From contig JBNKBE010000005.1 in the NCBI GenBank assembly GCA_050287085.1, positions 64,001 to 128,000 on the forward strand: a stretch of DNA of 64,000 nucleotides, given 5' to 3'. This document shows positions 1-9,245 of the stretch, piece by piece. Below the pieces are notes generated by a model. That model searched no databases, was not told where the DNA came from, and saw only the letters and a program-made list of their open reading frames with translations. The position numbers were made by a program, and so were the translations under genes. How positions within the stretch are numbered: position 1 is the stretch's first letter; the number at the start of each line of letters is the position of its first letter. The DNA comes from Polyangiaceae bacterium. Its GTDB lineage: Bacteria; Myxococcota_A; Polyangia; Polyangiales; Polyangiaceae.

Positions 1-470
1 GCGCGCATCCCAAACGACTGCAGGAAAGCGCCGGCGCACTCGCTTTCGTCGGCCGCCGCGTCGACGTCACAGGGCACGAGCCCAGGCTTCGCGACCACCG
101 CTTCGGCGACTTTGCTCGCGATATCGAGATAGGCGTGCGCCTGCACGGGCAAGACACCCTGGGTGGCGACACCATTTCGGAAGCCACCGGCCTCGGGTTC
201 ACGGAGCAGCCCCTCGGTGGCGGCTCGCACGAAGTCCTCATCGCCAAGCAGATCTGTCAGGGTGTTTCGGTACTCGAAGTGGGTGAGGCGACGGAGGGGA
301 AGCGCGGTACTCCGAGTCGCGGAGAAAGTACTGCCCGCGTCCTGCCCGCGCTCTCCTTCACGCGGCTCGAACTCCGAGCAGGCCGGAGTCGACCCGCCCA
401 GGACCACCAGTGTCAGGGCAGCAGCACCCTTTCGTGCAATCGCACAGACCGCGGGCCGCCAGGTCCTCAC
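1..470 (-). CDS. DUF1587/DUF1595 (DUF1592-family) secreted or lipoprotein, N-terminal part; runs off the window edge
   Basis: Not in the ORF track. The GTG at 470-468 overlaps the TGA of the upstream gene (GTGA). Manual translation gives MRTWRPAVCAIARKGAAALTLVVLGGSTPAC...LRRLTHFEYRNTLTDLLG (DUF1587-type motif)...ECAGAFLQSFGMR (start of a DUF1595-type region), with no stop before position 1. Confidence 0.8.
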   Translation of the reverse strand, partial: MRTWRPAVCAIARKGAAALTLVVLGGSTPACSEFEPREGERGQDAGSTFSATRSTALPLRRLTHFEYRNTLTDLLGDEDFVRAATEGLLREPEAGGFRNGVATQGVLPVQAHAYLDIASKVAEAVVAKPGLVPCDVDAAADESECAGAFLQSFGMR

Positions 471-1486
471 GGCTGACTCCCTGCGTCGCTTTCCGGTGAA
501 ATGCCGCCGTCCCCTTTCGGCTGGGGCGATGCACCAGCGTCCGTTGTGCTTGCACTGGCGTCCATTGCATTTGTGCCGGCGTCCGTTGTGCTTGCGCCCG
601 CATCCGGCGAACCTCCGTCGCCGTCGACGACCGCGTCACCACGCGTGAAACGAAGACCGTCGATCATGAAGTCGTAGCTCTGACTTGGTCCCATTCTGAT
701 CTGCACGGCATGAAGCTCCGACGGGTTCAAGGCCCCAACCGCCACCCCCCAGCCCTCTTGCCGAAACGCACTGAAAGGTAGAACGTGATGCGTCCACGTC
801 TCCGACACTTCCACCTCGACACTATGAGCATCGTAACAACTCGTCGTCGGCGTACAGCGGCCTCCGTCCTCGCGCGGAATGACGTCGAGCGATGTCAGCG
901 TGAGCAGCGGGGAGGGCCCATCGCCCCGAATCCAGAACTCGATGCCCGTATATACCGAGGCGTCATAGAAGCAGAAGGCTTCTCGCTCACTCCAGCGGAG
1001 TGCCGCCCCCACGCCCGACCCCCACTCCGCAAAGTCCTTGGACGTCACATGCAAAGCCCCGGTCATGCCGTCTTCAAAGTCGACGGTCCGCATCTCGAAC
1101 TCCACGCTGCCGCCGGGAGTGCCGTCCCCAAAAGAAAACCACTGGCCCCGGCGTCCTTCGAAGGACCGCGTCAGAAAGTCGTGATCGTCGAAGTCATCGA
1201 TCAAAGACTGACTTCCGTCGGCTACGGCGCTCGCACAGGCGACGAGCGGACGGTCGGCGCTCGGAAGCGACGCATCGTCGCTGTTCATGGCCCCCGCCCC
1301 CCCAACGCCGCTCGTGCTCGGCACGGAAACGTCCGGAATTGCCGGAAGTCCCTCTTGCTCGGGGCCGGCGTCGTCGCGGGATAAGCCTCCAGCATCCGCG
1401 GAGCTCTCTCCTTCGCTCTTTGCACACCCCAAAGCCAAAGCTCCCGAGATGGGCGCAAACAGCCACCAATACCCTAGTCGTCTCAT
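467..1486 (-). CDS. Lipoprotein with a carbohydrate-binding (CBM11/galactose-binding-like) domain and low-complexity tails
   Basis: ATG at 1486 follows GAGGAG. Lipobox ALGC. Motifs IDDFDD..GQWFSFGD, WGSGVG, YDASVYTGIEFWIRG, PFSAFRQEGWG and DFMIDGLRF. C-terminal DAG-rich repeats. Confidence 0.7.
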   Translation of the reverse strand: MRRLGYWWLFAPISGALALGCAKSEGESSADAGGLSRDDAGPEQEGLPAIPDVSVPSTSGVGGAGAMNSDDASLPSADRPLVACASAVADGSQSLIDDFDDHDFLTRSFEGRRGQWFSFGDGTPGGSVEFEMRTVDFEDGMTGALHVTSKDFAEWGSGVGAALRWSEREAFCFYDASVYTGIEFWIRGDGPSPLLTLTSLDVIPREDGGRCTPTTSCYDAHSVEVEVSETWTHHVLPFSAFRQEGWGVAVGALNPSELHAVQIRMGPSQSYDFMIDGLRFTRGDAVVDGDGGSPDAGASTTDAGTNAMDASASTTDAGASPQPKGDGGISPESDAGSQP

Positions 1487-1718
1487 CGTCGCTCCTCGCT
1501 CGCGCATCGAAGGCCACGAACGCAGCTCGGCGCGCACAGCCCTGTGTGCCACCTCGCGCGAGCGCCGCCCTATGTTTCCCCGGGACCCGCAGCTGCGCTA
1601 TCGCAGCCGATGTTTCCCAGAGAGACGCGTCAGGGCGTGGAGACTAGCTCATGTTTTTTTTCAGCGTCGCGGAGCGACGCAGCGCAGACCTCACGAGGCG
1701 TGCCGACTCCACCGCCGA

Positions 1719-1758
1719 AGCGCGCCGCTCGGGGCTCCGCAGCGCGCCGCTCGGGGCT
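1719..1758. repeat. 18-bp direct repeat AGCGCGCCGCTCGGGGCT, two copies (22-bp period)
   Basis: Copies at 1719-1736 and 1741-1758, in intergenic DNA. Confidence 0.7.
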
Positions 1759-1825
1759 GGGGGAGGAACAGGTCCCGAGACGCCCGCTTGCGGCCCAAAC
1801 CCAGCTCGGACCGCGCTTCATGCCT

Positions 1826-2260
1826 GCCGCCGATGAAGGTTGGAACTGCATCGAGAATCTCGTTGTAGGGCCCGAAGCGCCGATAGGTCTTGCCCGCCCG
1901 GATATTGAGATATCCGGGTATCAGCGGTGCCTCGACCCAGGCGTTACGAGCCGCCAACCCTTCGTCTTGGGTGGTACGACCCGCGCCAGGAGCTGCGAAG
2001 TTGAGAGAGAATCGGTATGTCGAGTGAATCGAACCCTACACCCTCACATTGAGGTGCAACACGTCGAACTCATGCGGATTGCTTGCGTAGACAGTCTCTC
2101 CACTGTCGTCGATCCCCGAGGGGGTCTTGGCGACCTTTTCCCAGTATGAATCGATGAAGCCATAGAACTTTGCGTGGAATACGGCCGGGACACCGACCTC
2201 GTCGCCCAACTCATTTAGGTCACCCCAACTAGCGGCGACTAGGTCCGCATCGGAGACGTC
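1826..2260 (-). pseudogene. Remnant of an outer-membrane beta-barrel/porin-like gene (internal TAG, truncated at both ends)
   Basis: ORFs 2036..2329 and 1691..1957 share a frame across one TAG (2038-2036): ...KFYGFIDSYWEK...HEFDVLHLNVRV*GSIHSTYRFSLNFAAPG...RNAWVEAPLIPGYLNIRAGKTYRRFGPYNEILDAVPTFIG. The reading is amphipathic beta-strand-like, has no signal peptide, and decays into non-protein-like sequence after PTFIG. Confidence 0.6.
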
Positions 2261-2410
2261 GAGGCGTCCGAGGCGGGTACAGGCTGTCCCCCTGTCCCCT
2301 CCATCTCGGAGACCATTGCATTCCCGCAAGTACGTACGCTGCGGAGGTCTATTGAGCGCTCCCTTGCTTATCGCGCCGCTCGAGGCTCTGTTTGGTACCG
2401 AGCCGCTGAC

Positions 2411-4348
2411 CTATTTCGATTTCTTCTTCGGCCCCTGGTCGTAGCCGCGGGGCCGATACTTCGGAGCAACTCCTCCGTGCTTCTCGCCATTGCTGAGAAT
2501 GTCTCCGGAAAGGTAGGCGATCCACGTCCCTGGGTAGTCCGAAATCAGCTCCTCGAGTTCGTCTCGATGGGCAAAGATAGCGCGTTCATCCCACATGCAC
2601 TGCAGCGCCAAGGCTATCAGCCCCTGCTGGTTCGGGCCCAACTTGAACCCCTGAAGGTAGTAGGGCCAGGCTTCTTCTACTCGCTTGAGTCTGCAAAGCA
2701 CGTCCCCCACATAGACCAACCCCATCGGCCAGTGCGGCGCCAACTCGGTGGCGCGGCGATTCTCGACTAGGCGAGCCTCGAGTTGCTCGCGTGCCCCCAG
2801 CATAACACCGTAGTTCAGGTGTGCTTTGGCGCTGCGCGGAGCGGCCCTGGAGGTTGAACGCCAGAAATCCAAGTCAGATGAGTAGTCAAAGGCGTGTGCA
2901 CGGGCCCGCAGCGCCTGAAATGTCAGAAATGCCGCGAATAGGCCGTAGCCAAAGCGCTGCGTCGCCGGACGTCTCATGAGCGCAGCGAACGCTAGCGCGA
3001 GCAGCAGAGAGGTACCGACGATGGGCAAATACCAGAAGCGCTCAGCTCTCACCGTCGGGAGCAGCAACGGAATGTTGGAGTGCGGGAAATACGTCACAGG
3101 CACCCAAATCAGCGCCAAGGCGGCCACGACGCGACGCCGACTGTTGAGCGATGATTCACTCGCCTGCAATACGGGTCGTAGCCGCTCGCAGTACACGGAC
3201 TGAAGCCACAACCCAGCACCGACAACCGGCGGGAGTACCATGGCCGCTCCGCCGAGAAGGCTCTCGGGAAATAGCACCTTCGTCGGTATGGGTTCCTGCG
3301 GATAGGAATAGTCACCGCTCAGACGCCAGGGCAACACGACTTGACCTAATCCGCGAAAGTACACCCGCAGGGCCCCCGCGACCCGGTGGGGCAAATCTGC
3401 CTCGACGAGCGGGTTGTTGATACCGTTCTTCGGGAGGGCCGGCTGCCGAAACCACTGCAAGAACGCATGAAACGCCCGGCGCACCCACGAAGCGTCGTCC
3501 GGGAGTGCTTCTACGGAAGGCGCGACCGGAAAGAAGTGCCGCCGAAAATACGTGTACGCCACAACTGCAAGCACGGATCCCACGAAGACCAAGGTGGTCC
3601 GCGACACGCGACAAGGACGTTCCGGATGATCCAGCGGTGCCGTCAAGAGAGCACACGTCGCCAGCATAGGGACGACGGTGAGCATGCTTTCCTTTGCCAG
3701 GAGGCCCAGAAACACACCCACAAAAGCCAGCGGGAGCTGGTACGGCATCGCCAGCCGCAGCGAGTAGAGCACGGCCAGGGTAAACGTTCCACTCAGGACA
3801 TCCGCGATTCCGACGACTCCGCAGACCGCTTCCGTCACGATCGCCGCCGACACCATGATCACCCCCGCAAACCAGGCGGTACGGACCGAACCCACCCATC
3901 GGTAGGTGAGCCCGGCGAGAGCGGCTCCGTTGAGACCGTGAAAGACGACGTTGAACCAATGCGGCAACCAGGCGTGCTCACGCACCCGCCACAACAGACG
4001 CCAGATCATGTTGGGTAGGGGGCGATAGGAACCGATCGTCCCCTTCGGTGGAAGCCCCCAGAAGTCGCGCTCGAACACCTGCCAGAACCCAAGCTGATCG
4101 CCATTGACGTAGGGATTGGCAAGCAGCGCTTCTTGTTCGTCAAAGATGTAGTTGGTCCATAGGCTGCGAGTGAAGAGCAGCGCACTGAGCAGCAGGAGCG
4201 GCGGAAATGCGCGACTGAAGGTCACCGGCGCACGCAGGTAGCCCGCGAGGCCCCGCCCCCCCTCAATGAACCCCTTGCGGACCCAGCGGTAGAACGTCCC
4301 CGCTGGGTGGCGTGGCCCGTACGAGCCTGTTTTGGTGGTGGTTCTCAT
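2411..4348 (-). CDS. TMTC-like GT-C membrane glycosyltransferase with C-terminal TPR repeats
   Basis: Acidic FDE motif after TM1, SYRPL, LSGDYS and AERFWYLP, many TM segments, then a TPR-like region (SAKAHLNYGVML...). Confidence 0.75.
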   Translation of the reverse strand: MRTTTKTGSYGPRHPAGTFYRWVRKGFIEGGRGLAGYLRAPVTFSRAFPPLLLLSALLFTRSLWTNYIFDEQEALLANPYVNGDQLGFWQVFERDFWGLPPKGTIGSYRPLPNMIWRLLWRVREHAWLPHWFNVVFHGLNGAALAGLTYRWVGSVRTAWFAGVIMVSAAIVTEAVCGVVGIADVLSGTFTLAVLYSLRLAMPYQLPLAFVGVFLGLLAKESMLTVVPMLATCALLTAPLDHPERPCRVSRTTLVFVGSVLAVVAYTYFRRHFFPVAPSVEALPDDASWVRRAFHAFLQWFRQPALPKNGINNPLVEADLPHRVAGALRVYFRGLGQVVLPWRLSGDYSYPQEPIPTKVLFPESLLGGAAMVLPPVVGAGLWLQSVYCERLRPVLQASESSLNSRRRVVAALALIWVPVTYFPHSNIPLLLPTVRAERFWYLPIVGTSLLLALAFAALMRRPATQRFGYGLFAAFLTFQALRARAHAFDYSSDLDFWRSTSRAAPRSAKAHLNYGVMLGAREQLEARLVENRRATELAPHWPMGLVYVGDVLCRLKRVEEAWPYYLQGFKLGPNQQGLIALALQCMWDERAIFAHRDELEELISDYPGTWIAYLSGDILSNGEKHGGVAPKYRPRGYDQGPKKKSK

Positions 4349-4493
4349 CTGCACGTCGATCCAGCCTGGCGGCGCGGCCAGTGCCGTCGGTTATACCCAT
4401 CCCGCTCGTCTCGCTCAATCGAGGTCGGGACGCCTGGCCAGTAGCGGTTATGCGGTTGCGGAGAGCCGGGGGTTGTGGGACGACGCTCGCTTG

Positions 4494-5855
4494 ATGAGTC
4501 AGGGCCCCGAGTTCGATGGCTGTGATGTCGAGCGATGCCTTCGCAGTGGGCCGGTCACCAACTGGTACTTGGGCACCCAGCGCGAAGTAGGTCGCCGCGT
4601 CGTTATCAAGAGCCTGAGCGAGAACGTGCTGCCGCAATCGCCGTTTGCGCTTCCGCTCGAACGGGAGGCGCGCATCCTCGGTCGTTTGCAACACCCGGGC
4701 GTGATTGCTCTCTACGATTTGGTCAAGCGCGAGCGACGCATGTGGCTGCTGCGGGAGTACGTCGAAGGGGGCACCCTGGCAGAGGTGCTGCAGGAACGCG
4801 GAACACTCGAAATAGCGCCAGCGCTGGCCATCGCACTGCAAGTGGCCGAAGCGTTGGCGTACGTGCACGCCAACGGCATCGTGCATCGCGACGTTCAGCC
4901 GAGAAACCTGCTCGTGTCGCGCGCCGGCGAAGTCAAGGTGAGCAACTTCTTTCTGGCCACGGAGCGCGCGTCCGTTGCTCCTCCCGAGTTGTTGGAGGGT
5001 AATAGCGGCTTCGCGGAACCCCACTATATGTCCCCGGAGCAGGTCCTGGGTGAACCGCCCGACCCGCGAAGTGATCTCTTCTCTCTGGGCGTTGTCCTGC
5101 ATGAAGCGCTTTCGGGGCAACACCCCTTCGCGGCACCTGACCGCCGTTCCACCACGCAACGTATCCGTCACGACCCGCCAACGGAGCTCCCCAAGCGGCT
5201 AGGAGTGCCGCCCTCAGTAGAGCGACTTCTACAACGTGCTCTCCAGAAAGTGCCGAGCGATCGCTTCGCGGACGCCCGGGAGATGTCGGTATCGCTGCAG
5301 CAGTGCCTGCACGAGGCGGTCGGCGAAAGGTCGCCGCTTGCGGTGGTCGTCGAAAGCCTGAAGTCAGCCCCCGGTGGAGAGCCAAAACCCCGGAGCAAAC
5401 CTCACGCGGAGACCCTGCCACACAGGGAATTCCGACCTTTCCGCGTGAGTCTATACATCGCGCTATTCGTGCTACTGCTCGGCGGCGTGTGGCTCATTCG
5501 GCGCTCACTCGTGCGGGATGAACTGCAGCACAAGAGCGCTGACGCACGCTTGCCGCTACGCCCATCGTCGGCGGGCTCGCTCAGAGTGCTGGCCCGCCCC
5601 TGGGCAGAAATCCACGTCGATGGGCAGACCATAGGAACCACGCCGATCGCCGACTCCATCCCGCTGGCGACCGGCGTACACTACGTGATGCTCGTGCACC
5701 CAGACGCAGACCCCGTCCATCGCAGGATCGTGGTCGGTCGCGATCAGCCTGTGTTGCTGGACGTCGAGATGCCAGTCAGAACTCCCCCCGAAACGATCAC
5801 CAGCGTCCCATCCCCGCCCGTATCGCCGCCGGATGCGGGTTCTCTTTCGCCCTAA
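4494..5855 (+). CDS. Membrane Hanks-type Ser/Thr kinase-like protein with a PEGA-like C-terminal domain; probably a pseudokinase
   Basis: VVIK, HRDVQPRN, SNFF in place of DFG, YMSPE, DLFSLG. One TM segment, then PWAEIHVDG..IGTTP. ATG 4494 is preferred over the longer ORF start. Confidence 0.8.
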   Translation: MSQGPEFDGCDVERCLRSGPVTNWYLGTQREVGRRVVIKSLSENVLPQSPFALPLEREARILGRLQHPGVIALYDLVKRERRMWLLREYVEGGTLAEVLQERGTLEIAPALAIALQVAEALAYVHANGIVHRDVQPRNLLVSRAGEVKVSNFFLATERASVAPPELLEGNSGFAEPHYMSPEQVLGEPPDPRSDLFSLGVVLHEALSGQHPFAAPDRRSTTQRIRHDPPTELPKRLGVPPSVERLLQRALQKVPSDRFADAREMSVSLQQCLHEAVGERSPLAVVVESLKSAPGGEPKPRSKPHAETLPHREFRPFRVSLYIALFVLLLGGVWLIRRSLVRDELQHKSADARLPLRPSSAGSLRVLARPWAEIHVDGQTIGTTPIADSIPLATGVHYVMLVHPDADPVHRRIVVGRDQPVLLDVEMPVRTPPETITSVPSPPVSPPDAGSLSP

Positions 5856-5890
5856 CGCCGGACCCCAAGCTAGCGCCGACGCTGAGTGGG

Positions 5891-6628
5891 CTAGCGCCAG
5901 TACTGGCGCTCCTCGCTTTGCTGCAACGCAAGTCGACTTTGTTCCTGCAGGAACGCGCCGTACGCGGTGGGAACCCGCGAGTCGTTCATGAGCTTGAGCA
6001 AGACGAGGCCTGCGGCGGCCGCGTCATCTGTTGCGCGGTGCGCGTTTTCGAGCTCGACACCGAGCAGTGATGCCATCGCGCCCAGCGCTTTGGACTTCTC
6101 GCTGGCGTGAAGGTACCGCGCCCACGTCAGCGGATCGACCCAGCGCGTACCCTCGCGAAACGCCCCTGGTAGCGCTCCGGTCGCCACCTTCGCGCGGCGC
6201 AGCTCTGCCATTAGAAAGCGACGGTCAAAGTCCGCGTTGTAGGCGACCGGCACCGCGCCGCCGACCGAGGCCAGGAGCTCCGGCACGATTTCGGCAAAGC
6301 GCGGCTTGTCCGCGACGTCGGCATCGCTGATGCCGTGCACCGCAAAAGCATCCTCGGGAATAGGGCATTCCGGATTGATAAGCCAGCCGTGGCGACTGAT
6401 CTCCACGCCGCCCTCATAGACGACGCAACCAATCTCGATCACCCGGTCGTGCTCCCAATCACGCCCGGTCGTTTCGGTGTCGATAGAGACCAGACGCAAG
6501 GAACTTACGGGCGCGGCAGCATCAATGCCATCAATGAGCCCCGCTGCCGCAACCCGAATCAGGTGGGCGATCCCCGGATAGTGTCGTCCGGTCGGAAAAC
6601 AGCCTTCACCCTCGAATGAAAATCGCAT
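5891..6628 (-). CDS. DEDDh 3'-5' exonuclease (DnaQ/epsilon-like)
   Basis: ExoI IDTETTG, ExoII YNADFD, ExoIII HRATDD. Confidence 0.88.
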   Translation of the reverse strand: MRFSFEGEGCFPTGRHYPGIAHLIRVAAAGLIDGIDAAAPVSSLRLVSIDTETTGRDWEHDRVIEIGCVVYEGGVEISRHGWLINPECPIPEDAFAVHGISDADVADKPRFAEIVPELLASVGGAVPVAYNADFDRRFLMAELRRAKVATGALPGAFREGTRWVDPLTWARYLHASEKSKALGAMASLLGVELENAHRATDDAAAAGLVLLKLMNDSRVPTAYGAFLQEQSRLALQQSEERQYWR

Positions 6629-6634
6629 GCTCGG

Positions 6635-7621
6635 CTACTGCGCCACGCCCGTGCTAGCGGCAGCTTCGGCGCCGCCAGCAGGTGCAGCAGCTTGGTTCGC
6701 TCCGGTGCGAAGTTTGATCTCCAGAGCTAGCCACGCCTCTAGATCGTCGGCCAATTCGAAGTGGTCCATGTCAAAGAAGCGACCGTTGATGTAGAGAGAA
6801 GGCGTACCCTGCAACCCGAGAGCCTCAGCTTGCTTGCGATCGCGAGTGACGCGGTCGGCGACTTCCTCGCTCTTTCTATCCGCTTCAAACTGTTTGAGGT
6901 CTAGACCGATACTAGCGGCTAGTTTGAGTAGCCCAGCGTCATCCAGCTCCTGCTGATGGGTGAACAACTCATGGTGCATCTCCCAAAACTTGCCCTGCTT
7001 GGCTGCTGCCATGGAGGCCCGGGCAGCCTGTTCGGCGTGCTCGTGCATGGATAGAGGGAAGTTCTTGAAGGCAAAGCGTACCTTGTCGGGATACTTGCTC
7101 ACGGCCGCCTCGATCAAAGGAGCAGCCATGCCGCAGAAGGGGCACTCAAAGTCCGCCCACTCCACGACGGTCACCACCGGATCGCTCGCGCCTCGAGCTG
7201 GAGAGTCCCCAATGTCGATGCTCTTGACGCTTTCGTCTCCGAATCTCTGGCGAAATGCGGCTTCCGCCTGGGAGCGCGTCTTTCCCCTGGTCACCTGTAC
7301 GGCCAAGAACTGACTTGCGGGGAGACATGCTTCGCAGTCTCGCTTCTCGAGGACACACTGCGCCAGGCTCACTGGCTGATTCGAACAGGGTGCGAGGAGC
7401 TCATTTACATACTTGGACCACTGGGTTCGTTCCCGGGCCGTCAGCTTGGAAGTATCCACTCCTGGCAGCTCCACCGCCTGCGCCTGGGCGCGGTTGACGG
7501 GCTCGCTTTGATTTGGGGTTTGAGACTGACATCCAGCCAAGAACCCAAGACACACAACCAGCCACAGCTGCTGAAGCAGGGGCTGTACTAGGACCGGAAA
7601 TGCACGGGGCCGACTGCGCAT
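6635..7621 (-). CDS. DsbA/Com1-family thioredoxin-fold lipoprotein
   Basis: Lipobox FLAGC, EWADFECPFC active site, KNFPL..H, GKFWEMH and GTP cis-Pro loop. The N-terminal domain has extra cysteines. Confidence 0.85.
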   Translation of the reverse strand: MRSRPRAFPVLVQPLLQQLWLVVCLGFLAGCQSQTPNQSEPVNRAQAQAVELPGVDTSKLTARERTQWSKYVNELLAPCSNQPVSLAQCVLEKRDCEACLPASQFLAVQVTRGKTRSQAEAAFRQRFGDESVKSIDIGDSPARGASDPVVTVVEWADFECPFCGMAAPLIEAAVSKYPDKVRFAFKNFPLSMHEHAEQAARASMAAAKQGKFWEMHHELFTHQQELDDAGLLKLAASIGLDLKQFEADRKSEEVADRVTRDRKQAEALGLQGTPSLYINGRFFDMDHFELADDLEAWLALEIKLRTGANQAAAPAGGAEAAASTGVAQ

Positions 7622-7670
7622 GCCGTGGAGACTAGCGGACGACGCCGCAAGTTGGTAGCCCTCAGCCGCC

Positions 7671-9245
7671 ATGACCTCCGCGGAGACTTCCCTCCCACCC
7701 CAGATTCACGCCCCATCGGCCCCGCCGCCGGGCGTACGACACGTTCTCACTGTAGCCGGAGGGCGCGGAGGAGTCGGCAGCAGTGTGGTCGCCGTCAATA
7801 CGGCGGTCTATCTGGCCCAGCTCGGCCGTCGCGTGCTGCTCGTTGATTCGAGCGCCTCGGGAGCCACTCTGCACACCATGTTGGGGATGCCACAGCCCTC
7901 GCTGCCCCGAGGTGAGGAGACGGAATCCGAAGAACTGCTCACCCTCGAAACGCCCATCCCCGGCCTGCGCCTGCTGCCCCAATTGTATCCCATCGGCAGC
8001 CCCGTCCCACTCCGCCCCGGACGCAAGCCACGCTGGACGAAACGGCTGCGTCAATTGGACGTCGACTACGTGCTGATCGATATCGGCTGCGCCTCGACCC
8101 CTGCAGGACTGGATCTCTTCCTGGGCGCAGACGTCGGTTTGATCGTGAGCAGCCCCGATCCACCAGCGGTCGAAGGCGCCTATCGCTTCTGCCGCCTAGC
8201 GTTTCAGCGCAGGCTGCGGCGACAATTGCTGCGCGATCGCTTTCATCTGCAGATGCTCGACCGCGCCGAACAGTCGCTGGGGCCGCTGCCTGCACCGGGT
8301 GATCTGGTGCGCGCGCTGGCCCGCCTCGATACCGGATTGGCCACGCGAGCGGCCCAGGACCTCGCGCGCTTTCGTCCCCGCTTCATCGTAAACAGAGCCC
8401 GCAGCCGGGGTGATACGGAGTTGGGGCTCGCCATGAGCGACATGGCGGAGCGCTATCTCAGCACCCACCTCGAATACCTTGGGCATATCGAGCGCGACGA
8501 CGCCGTGTGGCTGAGCGTTGCCCAGCTCAAGCCCCTGCTGATCGACAGCCCCACGAGCAAGAGCGCGCGCAACCTCGAACGCATTGCTCGTCGTCTGCTA
8601 TCGGTCGTCAGCCGCAAAGACGCGTCTGGCTTCGAACCGATGGCGCTGACGCATACCGCACCCACGCTTTATGACGTTCTGCTGACACACCGCGGAGCAT
8701 CCGACGACGAGCTGCGGCGTGCGTACAAGCGCCAACGCGAAATCTACAGGGAAAATAGCCTTCCCCTGACCTCATTGCTCGCCGCAGAAGAACTCCCGAA
8801 GGCCAACGCATTGGTCGATGAAGCTCACGACACCCTGTTGGATCCGCTTCGACGTCGAGCCTACGACATTTCCATGTTCCCGGAGAGCGAGAAGAACCCA
8901 CCGGCCCGAGATCCCCAACGGGACGCGGCGCTCGAAGCGGAACGTGCCTTGCTGCGTGAGGAGCTAGCGTCTGAGCTTAGCGCCGACAGCATTTTCACGG
9001 GAGACCTACTGCGCAAGATCCGAATGTCCCAGGCGGTGGAACTGGAAGACATCTCGGAACGCACCAAGATATCCAAAGCCTATCTTCAAGCAATCGAAGA
9101 AGAGCGCTTTGACCTACTGCCCGCTTTCGTCTATCTGCGCGGCTTCGTGTCCGAGGTGGCGAAGTACCTACGCCTGGATGTCATGCAGGTGACCCGGACG
9201 TACCTTCGACGCTATCGGCAATGGCGCAACGAACAAGAGCACTGA
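7671..9245 (+). CDS. MinD/FlhG-like P-loop domain + DnaJ-like domain + RodZ-type HTH fusion
   Basis: Degenerate Walker A GGRGGVGSS, RVLLVD, DYVLID, FIVN. J-like region TLYDVL...ASDDELRRAY...LLDPLRRRAYD has no HPD. HTH region LRKIR...LEDISERTKISKAYLQAIEEERFDLLPAFVYLRGFV. Confidence 0.8.
   Translation: MTSAETSLPPQIHAPSAPPPGVRHVLTVAGGRGGVGSSVVAVNTAVYLAQLGRRVLLVDSSASGATLHTMLGMPQPSLPRGEETESEELLTLETPIPGLRLLPQLYPIGSPVPLRPGRKPRWTKRLRQLDVDYVLIDIGCASTPAGLDLFLGADVGLIVSSPDPPAVEGAYRFCRLAFQRRLRRQLLRDRFHLQMLDRAEQSLGPLPAPGDLVRALARLDTGLATRAAQDLARFRPRFIVNRARSRGDTELGLAMSDMAERYLSTHLEYLGHIERDDAVWLSVAQLKPLLIDSPTSKSARNLERIARRLLSVVSRKDASGFEPMALTHTAPTLYDVLLTHRGASDDELRRAYKRQREIYRENSLPLTSLLAAEELPKANALVDEAHDTLLDPLRRRAYDISMFPESEKNPPARDPQRDAALEAERALLREELASELSADSIFTGDLLRKIRMSQAVELEDISERTKISKAYLQAIEEERFDLLPAFVYLRGFVSEVAKYLRLDVMQVTRTYLRRYRQWRNEQEH

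Noticed and set aside
2036..2038. Programmed amber read-through (e.g. pyrrolysine) in the porin-like frame
   Set aside because: The frame also lacks a signal peptide and C-terminus, other genes use TAG as a normal stop, and no pyl genes are visible; decay is the simpler explanation.
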